A DNA stretch of 64,000 bases from Candidatus Multivorans sp. (GCA_965219675.1 OZ244786.1:3674597-3738596), one strand, 5' to 3'; positions 9,995-20,644 are shown, counted from the stretch's first letter. Notes: a model not told the origin generated them from the letters alone. Numbers and translations: made by a program.

Positions 9995-11137
9995 ATGCTC
10001 CCCCGCTGGCTCGACGACGACGAGGCCCTCGGACCCGATCCGGACGCCGCCGAAACCGAACCCCGGCAGGATCGGCAGGCGGACTGGTGGCGGCCCGGCC
10101 GGCGCGTGGGCCCGAAGACCCTCGCCGTCTTCAGCCGCCAGTTCGCCGTCCTGCTCGACGCCGGCCTGCCCCTGCTCCAGAGCCTGGAGATCCTCAGCGT
10201 CGAGGGACAGCACCCCGGCCTGCGGAGAATCCTGCTCGACGTCCACGGCGAGGTCGAAGCGGGCTCCAGCCTCGCCGACGCGATGAGGCGCCGGCCCCGC
10301 GTCTTCGGCGACCTCTACGTCAATCTCGTCGCGTCGGGCGAAGCGAGCGGCGCCCTGCACACCGTGATGGACCGGCTGGCGACCCACATCGAGAAAGTCG
10401 CCACGCTTCGCAACCAGGTCCGTTCCGCCCTGACCTATCCGGCGGCGATCCTCGCCGTCGCCGCGGCGGTCGTCTTCCTCATCCTCTGGAAGGTCATCCC
10501 GGTCTTTCAGCACCTCTTCGACGACATGGGCGGCGACCTGCCGATCCTGACCCGGATCGTGGTCGGCACGAGCGAGTTCATCGGCGCCTACGTGCTCGTA
10601 CTCGTCGCACTTGCCGCGGCTGCCGGGTTCGCCGCGAATCGCCTGCTCCGCACCCGTCGCGGCCGGGAATCGGCCGACCGGCTCCTGCTGCGGCTGCCCG
10701 TCGCCGGCAAGCTCATGCTCCGCATCGTCGCCGGCCGCACCTGCCGCACCCTGTCCATCCTGCTCTCCTCGGGCATTCCCATCCTGAGCGCCCTGTCCAT
10801 CGCCGCCGACGCCGCGGGCAACGTCGTCGTCGCGGGCGCCCTCCGCACGGTGCACCGCGAAGTCGAGCAGGGCCGCTCCATCAACCAGTCCCTGCGCGAC
10901 ACGAGGATCTTCCCCGCCATGCTCTGCCAGATCGTCTACGTCGGCGAACAGACCGGCACCCTGAGCCCCATGCTCACCCGCATCGCCGACTTCTACGAGG
11001 AGGAGGTGGACAACGACGTGGACTCGATGATGAAGCTCCTCGAACCCGCCCTGATCAGCATCCTCGGCGTCGTGATCGGCACGATCGTCATCTCGATGTA
11101 CCTGCCGATGTACTCGGCGTTGACGCGGATCGGGTGA
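9995..11137 (+). CDS. pilC: type II secretion system F / type IV pilus assembly PilC family inner-membrane platform protein
   Basis: Two GspF-type repeats and three TM regions; typical PilC/GspF sequence features. Confidence 0.7.
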   Translation: MLPRWLDDDEALGPDPDAAETEPRQDRQADWWRPGRRVGPKTLAVFSRQFAVLLDAGLPLLQSLEILSVEGQHPGLRRILLDVHGEVEAGSSLADAMRRRPRVFGDLYVNLVASGEASGALHTVMDRLATHIEKVATLRNQVRSALTYPAAILAVAAAVVFLILWKVIPVFQHLFDDMGGDLPILTRIVVGTSEFIGAYVLVLVALAAAAGFAANRLLRTRRGRESADRLLLRLPVAGKLMLRIVAGRTCRTLSILLSSGIPILSALSIAADAAGNVVVAGALRTVHREVEQGRSINQSLRDTRIFPAMLCQIVYVGEQTGTLSPMLTRIADFYEEEVDNDVDSMMKLLEPALISILGVVIGTIVISMYLPMYSALTRIG

Positions 11138-11320
11138 GAGCGGCTCGTGCCGCGGTGGCTCGGGGGCGGCACCCAGGTGCCGTAAGTCCGATCGTTTTCG
11201 GCAACCAACGGCGCGGGAGATTCCGACCAGAGCATGTACGATCGCCGCCGTCGGCCGGGGCAGAGAGAACCAAGCCTCCCTGTGAGGCAGAGAACGTCCC
11301 GGACGGTAGACACCCAGCCC

Positions 11321-14300
11321 ATGTTGCCCCGAAGGTCCATCCTCGTCGCACCCGTGTTGGCTATGGCGCTCGTCACCGTTGCCCACGGACAACGGCTTCT
11401 GACGCTTGGTCCCGAGGTGGATGAGGCCCCGGCTCTTGGGGAACCGGTAGCGGTTTCCTCCAGGGCGGCGATGGGAAGTCGGCCGCACATCGTGCAGGTG
11501 GACTTGGACCTGGTTCGCTCAGCGCCACGCTGGCTCGAGTTGCCGACGCCGGACGGCCGGGTGCTGACGGCGGAACTGAGCGCGTTTGAGGACCGCGGTG
11601 ACGGTGACGTGATGTGGTCGGGGAGGTCTCCCGACGCCCTCCACGACAGCGTCGTTCTGAGCATCGCCGGCGGCGGGCTCGGCGGCCATTTCGGTGAACC
11701 GATGGGCGCGAAGTACCGGATCGGCGCGGAAGCCGATGGCAGGGGCAGAATGGTCGATGCGCGGCCTGCTCCGGGTCAGCTGACGGAGTTGTCCTGCGGA
11801 CTTGGCGTGGCGACCGGTGACCGGCTACACGAGCATCTCGCGGACCTGCTACCGCCGGGCGGGCCGTATCTCGGCGGGCCGCGGTCGGTAGCTGGTTCCC
11901 AGAGCCACGAGGAACTGAAGATCCTGGTCCTCTATACACTGTCCGCCGAGCGGACCTGGAGAGATCCGAACTGGCATTCCTACGCCGGGGGCAGGGCGGC
12001 GACCCTCCAACTGGCGGCCGACTACCTAGCCATGGTGTTCAGGAACGGTCGGCTGGGATTGGAGCCAAACGTCGTCTTCAAGAGGGCGCCGGCGTGGCTC
12101 GACAGGGTCGGTACCAAGGCAGTCAGTCACTGGGAAAGCGACCTGTTCAACAGGTTCGACGGCAGCACCGAAGTCGCGATGCTTCGCCGCCAGTACGGCG
12201 CAGACCAAGTGCATCTGTTCTACGGCCATGGCGTGCGCGTTCTCGAATACGGCGGGCGAGCCCAACTCTACGGCACACAGCCGTCACGTTGTTGGGCCTG
12301 CCGCATATCTTCGCGCATGAAACGGGCCACAACCTGGGCGGTACCCACCAGCCAAGTGTGGTCGGAGCACCTTCTCTGGCGCAAAGAAAGGCTGAGATTC
12401 TGGTCCAGGGCTGGGGTGACTGGGCCAACTACGCGTTCGCTCATGGTTGGCGCAAGAATGGTGCAGCCACCTCCGATGGCGAGTTTCCTCCGCAAGGTAC
12501 TGCCCTCACAGTAGCGTCGGTGCGCGAACCGTACTACTCAAGCGTTCGAATCAACCCTGGTGGCCGACAGATCGGAATCGCCGGCGAACGGGAGAACGAA
12601 CGTGCCCTGCAGGAGACGGTGCACCATCGGGCCGCACAGAGCGCCCGCGATGGGCAGAGTCCGTTGCCGCCGTCCGATGTGCACGTAGAGGTCACGGGAG
12701 CTTCGGCGCGGGCAACGTGGGAGGACCGGTCCACGGACGAAGCAGGCTTTCTTCTGATCCTGACTTCCCTTCGGAACGGCGAGCAAGTGCGCGCAGACCG
12801 TCTACCGACCGGCACAGAATCCGCGATCCTCGCCGGTCTGGAGCCCGGTCGGTACGTGATCAGGCTGTACAGTCACTATGCGAGTCATGGCCTGCGAACG
12901 GGGATCTCTGAACCGGTGTCGACGTCCTTCCTCGTTTCCGGCGCGGAGCCGTCGGCACCGTCGAACGTCAAGGTTGCCTTGGACGACAGTAACCCGTTTT
13001 GCCGCCAGGCCACGGCCACCTGGACTGAGCACTTCCGTTCCGAGGAGAAGGAAAGCGCCTCGTCCTGGTCGGAGGTAAGGGTCTATCTGGACGACAGGCT
13101 CCACCGGAGGCACTTTGTTCGGGCTGGCACCGGGTCCCTGTCGTTCGGGCCTTCACAGTTTCCGTTTGACTGCGTCGAAGACGGGATCTACGGCTTTCGC
13201 GTGTACGCCCACAGCTTCGGCGGTCGCTCGCAGGGCAGCGACACGGTAACGGTCGAGGGGCCACGGGGCGGACCGCCGGCGGCAGGTTTCGACCTCTCCC
13301 TCGACTGCGACGAGGATCTCTGTATCGCGTGGACAGGTGTGCCGGTGAAGTTCGAGAACGAAAGCAGCGGGACGGTCGAGCACGTCCGCTGGGACTTCGG
13401 CGATGGCATGACTTCGCCGGAGCGGAAACCAAGCTACACCTGGACCACCCCCGGCTTTTTCCGTGTTGTGCTGACGGCCTACGGCGACGGCCAGAGGTCA
13501 ACCGTGAGCCGAGACATTCTGGTTCGCTCGAGTGATCCGGCGGGAACCTGCGAGCCGGACCTGGAGACGCTTTGCCTCAGGGATTCACGGTACACGGTGC
13601 AAGCCGAGTGGTCGAGGGGCGACAGTAAGCGCGGCCCGGCGAGCGTGGCCTACGCGGGGACGAACGATTCGGGTGTGTTCTGGTTCTTTGGGCGAGAGAA
13701 CTGGGAGATGTTGATCAAGGTACTTGACGGCTGCGCGGTAAACGGGAACGTATGGGTGTTCGGCGCCTCGACTACAGACCTTGGCTACTCGATCAAAGTG
13801 ACGGATACCGTCACAGGCCGGAGGCGGGAGTATCGCAACGAGCCTGGCAAGCCCGCGCCCGCGATCACGGACACCGACGCGTTCACCGGGGGGTGCGGCG
13901 ACAGCGCGGGAGTCGCCGCTCAGCCCGTGACGTTCACCGGCGAAGCGGCGGACGAGGAACCATGGGACAACTGGCTTCCAAGGCAGTCAATCTGGGCGGG
14001 GACCCAGGTGGGCCAGGCGTCACACGATGCCTGCGCGGACGCGCGGTGGGCTCTCTGCCCTCAGGATGGCCGCTATGAGGTGGTGGTCTGGTGGCGAACC
14101 ACGCGGAACGGTGCCTACACCTTGGCCCGGCGCGCTCCCGCCCGCACGAGGGATTCCGGTCTGTACTCCTTCTTCGATGAGGACAACTGGGAGATGCTGA
14201 TCAAGGTGCTGGACGGTTGCGCGGTGAACGGGCAGCACTGGGTGTACGCGGCGTCTGCAACCGACCTAGGTTTCCAGATCCGGGTGACGGATACAGAGAC

Positions 14301-14391
14301 CCACGCCACCTGGATGTACACGAAGCAACCCGGGAAGCCGGCGGAGGCGGTCACTGCCTCCGAGGCGTTTCCGGACGCCTGTCAGCCCTAA
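11321..14391 (+). CDS. secreted reprolysin-like zinc metalloprotease with FN3, PKD and two novel C-terminal repeat modules; apparent frameshift near 12255-12275 (pseudogene or sequencing error)
   Basis: Signal peptide MLPRRSILVAPVLAMALVTVAHG; HETGHNLGGTH zinc motif in frame 2 (ORF 12094..14391) while propeptide/N-lobe is in frame 1 (ORF 11234..12514); PKD motif WDFGDG; duplicated NWEMLIKVLDGCAVNG modules. Confidence 0.55.
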
Positions 14392-14500
14392 AGTCGACTC
14401 GCGGCTCAGCGAGGTTGTCGCGACGCCGGTGGGCATTCGCCGGTGGCGGCGGGGCTTGGGTCGATTGACGGACGGCCGGCCCCTCGGATAACAAGACCGC

Positions 14501-15715
14501 ATGCTGTCACCCGAAGGAGCTTGGAAGGCCATCGAGGCGGAAGCGCAGACACTCGAAGTCGAGCAAGTCTCCAGGGCGGATTCTGTCGGCCGGGTGCTGG
14601 CGGCGGGCCTCACGGCGACCGTCGACGTGCCCGCGCACGACGTCTCGGCGATGGACGGCTTCGCCCTCGGCGCGGACGTCGAACCGGGAACCGTGCTGCC
14701 GGTCGACGGAATCGTCGCCGCGGGAGACCCGCCGGGAGCGGAGCTTCGATCCGGAGCGGCGTTGCGGATCATGACCGGCGCGCCGGCGCCTTCCGGGGCG
14801 GACCGGGTGATCCCGATCGAACAGACGGAGTTCGATGCCGCGGACGAAACGGGGGCCACGGGAGCCGTCCGCATCGTGGAACCGGTGCCGGAGGATAGCC
14901 ACATCCGGCGGCAGGCCGAGGTCACCGCCGCCGGCGGGCCGCTGCTGGCGGCGGGAGAACTGCTGACGCCGGGCGGAGCCGGCGTGCTGGCGACCCACGG
15001 CATTCCCGAGGCGCCGGTGTTCCGCCGGCCCGCCGTCGCGACCCTCTCGACAGGCGACGAGGTCGTTCCGGCGGAAGCGGAACCGGGTCCGGGTCAGCTT
15101 CGGGATTCGCACCGCGACTTCCTGCGGGCCGCCCTCTCCCAACTGGGCATCGAAGCGCGCTCGCTCGGCATCGCGCGGGACGACCCCGCCGAGCTCGAGT
15201 CGAAGATCGCAAGCGGCCTCGAGTCGGACGTGCTCCTGATCTCCGGCGGCGTCTCCATGGGCGAGTTCGACTTCGTGGAACAGGTTCTCGGCGACACGGG
15301 TCTCGGCTGCCGCATCCTGTTCGACGCGGTGGCGATCCAGCCCGGGAAGCCCCTGGTCGCGGCGCGCCACGACCGGGGATGGGTCTTCGGCCTGCCCGGC
15401 AATCCCGCCTCGGCCATGGTCACGTACTGGCTGTTCGTGCGCCCCCTGTTGCGCCGCATGGCCGGCGCGGACGACAGTTGCTGGCAGGGCGCCCTCAGGG
15501 CCCGGCTCGAGGGCGACCTGCCGGGCGCGAAGTGGCGCGACCGCTTCCTGCCCTGCCGGCTCCGGACCGTGTCCGGGCGGGTGCTGGCGGACCCCCGACC
15601 GCCCCTGGGCTCCCACGACCTGGTCGCCTACGGCGCCGGCTCCGGGCTGGTGCGCGTGCCGAAGCACAGTGCCCCTGCCGCTGCCGGGGATCCCTGCGAG
15701 GTCCTGCCTCTGTAG
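14501..15715 (+). CDS. moeA: molybdopterin molybdenumtransferase
   Basis: SAMDGFA and GGVSMG MoeA motifs. Confidence 0.8.
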   Translation: MLSPEGAWKAIEAEAQTLEVEQVSRADSVGRVLAAGLTATVDVPAHDVSAMDGFALGADVEPGTVLPVDGIVAAGDPPGAELRSGAALRIMTGAPAPSGADRVIPIEQTEFDAADETGATGAVRIVEPVPEDSHIRRQAEVTAAGGPLLAAGELLTPGGAGVLATHGIPEAPVFRRPAVATLSTGDEVVPAEAEPGPGQLRDSHRDFLRAALSQLGIEARSLGIARDDPAELESKIASGLESDVLLISGGVSMGEFDFVEQVLGDTGLGCRILFDAVAIQPGKPLVAARHDRGWVFGLPGNPASAMVTYWLFVRPLLRRMAGADDSCWQGALRARLEGDLPGAKWRDRFLPCRLRTVSGRVLADPRPPLGSHDLVAYGAGSGLVRVPKHSAPAAAGDPCEVLPL

Positions 15716-15767
15716 CGCCTCCCTTCGCTCCCCGCCTGCTGCTACACTCACGCGCCGCCGACCCGGA

Positions 15768-15843
<76 letters not shown>

Positions 15844-15862
15844 TTCCGGTCGGCCTGAGCAC

Positions 15863-16462
15863 TCACTCCGGGCGGGCGCTGTCGAGCATTGCCAGGAAGG
15901 CCTGTCGCTGCTCCCGCATCGTGGATGCGGGTCCGACGGCACGCAGGAACCAGGGGCCGCCGGGCGCTTCGATGACCGCGCCGTAGAGCGCGAAGTCCGG
16001 CTGGTCCGTACTCGGGAAGCTGCCGATCGTGCTCGCCCTGACCATGCCCTCGAGTTCGATCCAGGTACGGCGGACGCCGTCGCTCTCGCGGCTCTGCGGG
16101 ATCGCTTCGGGAGCGCCGGGATCGAGGACGACCTGGCTCTTCCAGCGTTCGATGTTCGCCGCCGCGCCACCGCCGCCGCCGGGTCCGAAGTAGTACATCG
16201 AGATCTCGCCCGCGCCGCCCGAGCCCGGAATCCCGGCCTCGAGCATGCGCATCGCGGACCGGGGTTCGAGCCGGTCCCACGCCGCCGGCAGCGCGATCGA
16301 CACGCCGTTCGCGGTCACCGGCGCCGACAGTTCGACTGCCTGGGCGACTTCCTCGGCGCCGGCGTTGCCCTGGGCCGGCGCATCCGGGCCGCAGGCCAGG
16401 AGCAGGATCGTCAGGCCGAGCACCGGAACGCGGGGCAGCGGGGTAGCGGTCGGCGTCGTCAT
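15863..16462 (-). CDS. hypothetical lipoprotein
   Basis: Lipobox LTILLLACG after signal; Gly-rich; alternative ATG at 16477. Confidence 0.5.
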   Translation of the reverse strand: MTTPTATPLPRVPVLGLTILLLACGPDAPAQGNAGAEEVAQAVELSAPVTANGVSIALPAAWDRLEPRSAMRMLEAGIPGSGGAGEISMYYFGPGGGGGAAANIERWKSQVVLDPGAPEAIPQSRESDGVRRTWIELEGMVRASTIGSFPSTDQPDFALYGAVIEAPGGPWFLRAVGPASTMREQRQAFLAMLDSARPE

Positions 16463-16529
16463 CGCTTGGCTCCTCATGCGGTCATCGACTCAGGCGAACA
16501 GCCGGTCGGCTGAGGATATGCTGCCCGGC

Positions 16530-16629
16530 GGAAGCGCTCGGGGGCTGGTGCCTCCTGCGGTCTTCAAAACCGTTGTCCGGGGCGTGATGCGTCTCCGGGG
16601 GTGGGTTCGATTCCCATGCGCTTCCGCCA
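16530..16629 (+). tRNA. selC: tRNA-Sec (selenocysteine, anticodon UCA)
   Basis: 8-bp acceptor stem GGAAGCGC/GCGCTTCC, 6-bp D-stem with 4-nt loop, anticodon loop CTTCAAA (UCA), long variable arm, T-arm GTGGGTTCGATTCCCAT, discriminator G + CCA. Confidence 0.8.
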
Positions 16630-16744
16630 CCGGCGACCGGGTCTTCACAAGTCGCTGGTCCGGGGCGTGATGCGTCTCCGGGGGTGGGTTCGATTCCCAT
16701 GCGCTTCCGCCACGGGCGACCGGGTCTTCACCAGTCGCTCGTCC
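16579..16744 (+). repeat. tandem duplication (2 x 83 bp) of tRNA-Sec 3' part (variable arm to CCA) plus a 30-nt downstream hairpin
   Basis: Unit 16579-16661 repeated at 16662-16744 with 2 substitutions; GTCC microhomology at junctions. Confidence 0.75.
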
Positions 16745-16750
16745 GTGCCG

Positions 16751-17020
16751 CTACGAAGCCGCGGCGGCCTTGGAACTCTCGCTCTTGGGACTTTCGCTCT
16801 CCCCGGAGGAGGCCGGCGCGTCCGCCTTCTTGCCCGAGTCCGAGGCGTAGTCGTTCACGTACCAGCCGCTGCCCTTGAACTGGAACGCGGGCGCGGAGAG
16901 CAGCTTCTTCAGGCTGCTCCGGCCGCACTCCGGGCACTCCTCCAGGGGCGGCGCGGCGAACGCCTGGATCGCCTCCAGCGTGGCCTCGCACTCCGTGCAG
17001 CGGTACTCGTAGAGAGGCAT
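16751..17020 (-). CDS. FmdB-family zinc-ribbon protein
   Basis: MPLYEYRCTECEATLE...CPECG double CxxC zinc ribbon. Confidence 0.6.
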   Translation of the reverse strand: MPLYEYRCTECEATLEAIQAFAAPPLEECPECGRSSLKKLLSAPAFQFKGSGWYVNDYASDSGKKADAPASSGESESPKSESSKAAAAS

Positions 17021-17117
17021 GGCAGCGGCGGATGATAGCAGTTGGCAGCAGTCTCCGGTGCAAGCTGCCAATCACCGGCCGCGCCGACCTGCGGAGCAGC
17101 GGCCCCCGCGCGACCCG

Positions 17118-17696
17118 CTAGAACTGGTACGCCAGACCGACGTGGGCCGCCGCGTACGTGCTGGCTGCATCGATGTCGGCGTAGTGGCCCGACAGCTCGA
17201 TCACCACGGAGAGCCGGTTGTTGATCCGGAAGTCGCCGGAGACGCCGAGCGTCAGACCGGGGCCCTCCTCGGACTCCGCGCCGTTCCCGAGCTGGTAGAG
17301 ACCGAGCCCGAAGAACACACCCGACTCGTAGTACAGCTCCTGGAAGCGGTACTCACCCGCGATCGTCGCGTAGCGGAAGGTCGGGCTCTCGATGGGACCA
17401 ACCTGATCGCCGCTGAGACCGAAACTGCCAAGGCGAATCCCGACCGCGGTGCGCGGCTGCGTGCGCCAGGAGAAGCCGGCCTGCACTCCTCCGTTGTCGG
17501 TTCCCTCGCTGAAACTGCCGCCGATCGACGGGCTGAGCGTGACCGTGTAGCTGTAGCGCTCCTGGGCCGTGGCCGCGCCCGCAGCGGCGAGCAGCAGCAG
17601 AACCGCCGCCAGCAGGAAGACGACGGGACGGTAAGCGGGTCGCGACGCCCACGGGCGCGCGCACCCGGGGCGGGACTGAGGATCCGATGCGGTCAA
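17118..17696 (-). CDS. outer-membrane beta-barrel protein (OmpA/OmpW-like porin family)
   Basis: Signal peptide VVFLLAAVLLLLAAAGAATA, alternating amphipathic strands, C-terminal ...LAYQF; TTG start with AAGGAG RBS. Confidence 0.55.
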   Translation of the reverse strand: MTASDPQSRPGCARPWASRPAYRPVVFLLAAVLLLLAAAGAATAQERYSYTVTLSPSIGGSFSEGTDNGGVQAGFSWRTQPRTAVGIRLGSFGLSGDQVGPIESPTFRYATIAGEYRFQELYYESGVFFGLGLYQLGNGAESEEGPGLTLGVSGDFRINNRLSVVIELSGHYADIDAASTYAAAHVGLAYQF

Positions 17697-17779
17697 GTGA
17701 ATCTCCTTCGGGTGCGCCGGGCACTCTAGCAACCGGCCCCCCGAAGAGCGCCGGATGAAATCCGTCCTTGTCGGCAGGA

Positions 17780-18556
17780 ATGACCGAGAACGGCCCACCC
17801 ACCGGACGACTGCCTACTTCGTTCTACGGATCCCGACGGCGAAACGTCTGTAGCCGTTTCCGGTCCACGGCAATACGCCTCGGCCGGATCGCCTCTGTCT
17901 GCGCGCGTCGCGCCGGCGCGTTCGCCCTCGAACTGCTCCTGCCCCGGGTCTGCCTCGCGTGCTCCGCACCGGCCGAGCGGGAACTCAGCCTGTGCCTGGC
18001 ATGCCGCCGCCTGCTCGAACCGCCTCCACAGGGCGTCGCGGCCGGCGACAGCCTGGAGGGATGCGATGCCTTCTTCTGGCTCTGGGTGTACCGGCCGCCG
18101 ATGGACCGGGTCATCCTGGGACTGAAACACCACCGCCTCGACTATCTCGGACGGCACATCGCGGCCAGCGCCGTGGACGCGCTGGGAATGGAGCTGGGCC
18201 GCGCGGAGTTGATCGTCCCGATGCCCATGCACTGGCGCCGCCGCCTCGTCCGCGGCCGAAACCACGCCGAGTCGATCGCCAGTCCGCTGGCGGCGAAGCT
18301 CGGACGCCCCCGGCGCGCCGCGCTGCGTCGCCGGACCCTGGGCCGGCCCCAGGTCGGACGAAGCCGGCGCCAGCGGCTCGCCAACCCGACCGTCATGTTC
18401 CACTGCCCCCGGCCGGCCGATGTCCGTGATCGCGTCGTGCTCCTCGTGGACGACGTCGTCACCACGGGCGCCACGGCCGCTCGCGCCGCCCGCTGCCTGC
18501 GGGCCGCGGGCGCGGCGGAGGTCATCGTGTTCACTCCCGCGCGGACGCCGGGATGA
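17780..18556 (+). CDS. comF: ComF-family phosphoribosyltransferase-domain protein
   Basis: N-terminal zinc ribbon CLAC...CLAC and PRTase motif LLVDDVVTTGAT. Confidence 0.65.
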   Translation: MTENGPPTGRLPTSFYGSRRRNVCSRFRSTAIRLGRIASVCARRAGAFALELLLPRVCLACSAPAERELSLCLACRRLLEPPPQGVAAGDSLEGCDAFFWLWVYRPPMDRVILGLKHHRLDYLGRHIAASAVDALGMELGRAELIVPMPMHWRRRLVRGRNHAESIASPLAAKLGRPRRAALRRRTLGRPQVGRSRRQRLANPTVMFHCPRPADVRDRVVLLVDDVVTTGATAARAARCLRAAGAAEVIVFTPARTPG

Positions 18557-18590
18557 CCGGCCAACTCTTCCGCTATAGTGGCTAGCTGAC

Positions 18591-20630
18591 ATGACTTGCC
18601 GGAACCATCCCGGCGGCTCCCGGTCGACCGTGGCGCTCTCGCGCCTGCTCGCGGCGGGAGCCCTCGCGCCGGTCGCCGCGGTAGCCATGTTCGCCGCCGC
18701 GCCCGTCCGGGCGGGCCTCGACGTGCCCAGCCTCGGCGATCCGACCGCCGGCCGCCTGGTCGGCCGCGTCCACGCCGGCAAGGCTCCGCTGCCCGCGGCC
18801 AACGTCTACGTCTACGACGTCGCGGACAGCAGCAAGCTCCTCGCGACGACGGATCGCTTCGGGCGTTACGCCTTCCAGCCCCTGCCAGCCGGCATCTACC
18901 GGGTGATCGCCCACCGGCCGGGCTACGTCCCCGCGGTGGCGGAACTCACCCGCACGACGGGCGAATCCGTCCAGTCGCTCGACTTCGAGCTGGGAACCCG
19001 GGCACGCCGCTCCGGCGAGGACGACGAAGAGGACTTCTGGTCGGTCCGCGCCCGGATCCCCAGCGACGTGCTGCGCCAGATCCAGATCGCCGAAGCGATC
19101 GCCGACGATTCCGGCTGGGCCCTCGAGACGGCGATCCAGCGGGAGCGATTCGAAGCCGAGCTGAGGACCCTCTCCGGGATCGAAGAGGCCGGCGAGGCCG
19201 GCGCCCTGGTGCTGGGCAGCCAGATCGATCTCCGCAGCCGGTTCGGCGAAACGCAGCTCGCCCTTCGCTCCGATCTGCGCGAGTTCAAGCGTCAGGCCTT
19301 CCGGGCCGACGCCGCGCAGCAGCCGGTCGGCGACAGCCAGGCCTTCGCCCTCGACGTGAACCACCGGGGTTCGAACATCCAGTTCACGTCGCAACGCCAC
19401 CGCTTCCAGGGTCCACGGGCCGGAGCCTGGGACGAGCGGGACCCCGGGGCCGGCGGACTGGAGAGCTACGGCGTGCGCCTGGAGCAGGCGGCCGGCGGAG
19501 GAGCCTCCCACTTCGAGGCCCGCTACACCACGGACAACAACTTCCACCACGGCTTCGGCGACCTCTACGCCGGCCCGAGCGGCGTCCACAGCCGAGCGCT
19601 GGCCGCGATCGACTCGCCGATGTCCTCGACGACCCTCGAGTTCCGCGGCGCCTACGAACGGCAGATCACCGCCAGCACGTCTCTCGAGACCGGCATCAGC
19701 TACCGCGAGCGCCAGGCCTACGGCGACGGCCCGCTGTCCAGTTGGGGCGAGGATCCCCACCAGCGTTTCGACGTCTTCGGCCAGGGAGACTGGGAGATCC
19801 AGCCCACCGTCGTCCTCGAGTACGGCATGTTCAGCACCCTGAGCGACGGCAGTCTCTCGTTCACGCCCCAGGCCGGCTTCGTCGTCGAACTCGGTCCAAA
19901 CTGGCTGGCCAGCGTCGCGGCGAGCCAGCGGGTCGACTCCGAACAGTTCCTCTTTCGCGACTTCCTGCCCGTGCAGTACCAGGACGACGAAACCTGCAGC
20001 ACGACCTACGAGCACTGCTACCGGGTCAAGCTCAGCCGCCAGCTCGGCGCATCGGGTCAGGACCACGGCATCGAGTTCGGCGTGAACCGGCGGCAGTTCG
20101 CCGACAACGTCCGGCTGTACTTCAGCCGCGACGTCTTCGACCGGCTGGAGAGCCTGCTGCTCGTGGACGGCGACCAGGTCGAGGAAATCCAGTTCGGTCT
20201 CCAGCAGCGCCTGGGCGAGAAGATCCTGACCCGCGTCAGCTCCGCGGCCGCCGTCGGCGGCGGCGGCCTGCTCCGGGCCAAGGACGGCAGCGGTCTCCGC
20301 AACGACGTCCGCTACCTCGTCGCAAGCGCCGACACACACTTCGAGCGCAGCTCGACCGGCGTCCTCGTCGCCTACCGCTGGGTGGAACAGGAACTCTCGC
20401 CAGTCACCCACGACGTCGCCGACTTCCGGCCCGCCCGCGCGGACACCGTGCTCGCCGTCGAACGCATCCAGGTCGTGCTGACCCAGGACCTGCCCTGGGT
20501 CACGGGCCTGCAGAACTGGGCCCTGCAACTCGAGATGCAGGTCAGTCGCGGACACGTCCCGATCGACTCCAGCCACGACCCCGACGAGCTCCGTCGCCGC
20601 GTCGTCGCCGGCATCGCAGTCCGCTTCTAG
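18591..20630 (+). CDS. carboxypeptidase regulatory-like domain-containing outer-membrane beta-barrel protein
   Basis: Signal peptide; CarbopepD_reg-like module (ANVYVYD...DRFGRYAF...GIYRV); long beta-rich C-terminus ending in RF. Confidence 0.6.
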   Translation: MTCRNHPGGSRSTVALSRLLAAGALAPVAAVAMFAAAPVRAGLDVPSLGDPTAGRLVGRVHAGKAPLPAANVYVYDVADSSKLLATTDRFGRYAFQPLPAGIYRVIAHRPGYVPAVAELTRTTGESVQSLDFELGTRARRSGEDDEEDFWSVRARIPSDVLRQIQIAEAIADDSGWALETAIQRERFEAELRTLSGIEEAGEAGALVLGSQIDLRSRFGETQLALRSDLREFKRQAFRADAAQQPVGDSQAFALDVNHRGSNIQFTSQRHRFQGPRAGAWDERDPGAGGLESYGVRLEQAAGGGASHFEARYTTDNNFHHGFGDLYAGPSGVHSRALAAIDSPMSSTTLEFRGAYERQITASTSLETGISYRERQAYGDGPLSSWGEDPHQRFDVFGQGDWEIQPTVVLEYGMFSTLSDGSLSFTPQAGFVVELGPNWLASVAASQRVDSEQFLFRDFLPVQYQDDETCSTTYEHCYRVKLSRQLGASGQDHGIEFGVNRRQFADNVRLYFSRDVFDRLESLLLVDGDQVEEIQFGLQQRLGEKILTRVSSAAAVGGGGLLRAKDGSGLRNDVRYLVASADTHFERSSTGVLVAYRWVEQELSPVTHDVADFRPARADTVLAVERIQVVLTQDLPWVTGLQNWALQLEMQVSRGHVPIDSSHDPDELRRRVVAGIAVRF

Positions 20631-20644
20631 CCGAAACCACCGGG

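Noticed and set aside
16632-16744. Second and third tRNA-like genes downstream of tRNA-Sec
   Set aside because: The copies contain only the variable-arm-to-CCA portion with no 5' acceptor strand, D-arm or anticodon arm. They are interpreted as a tandem partial duplication, not as functional tRNAs.
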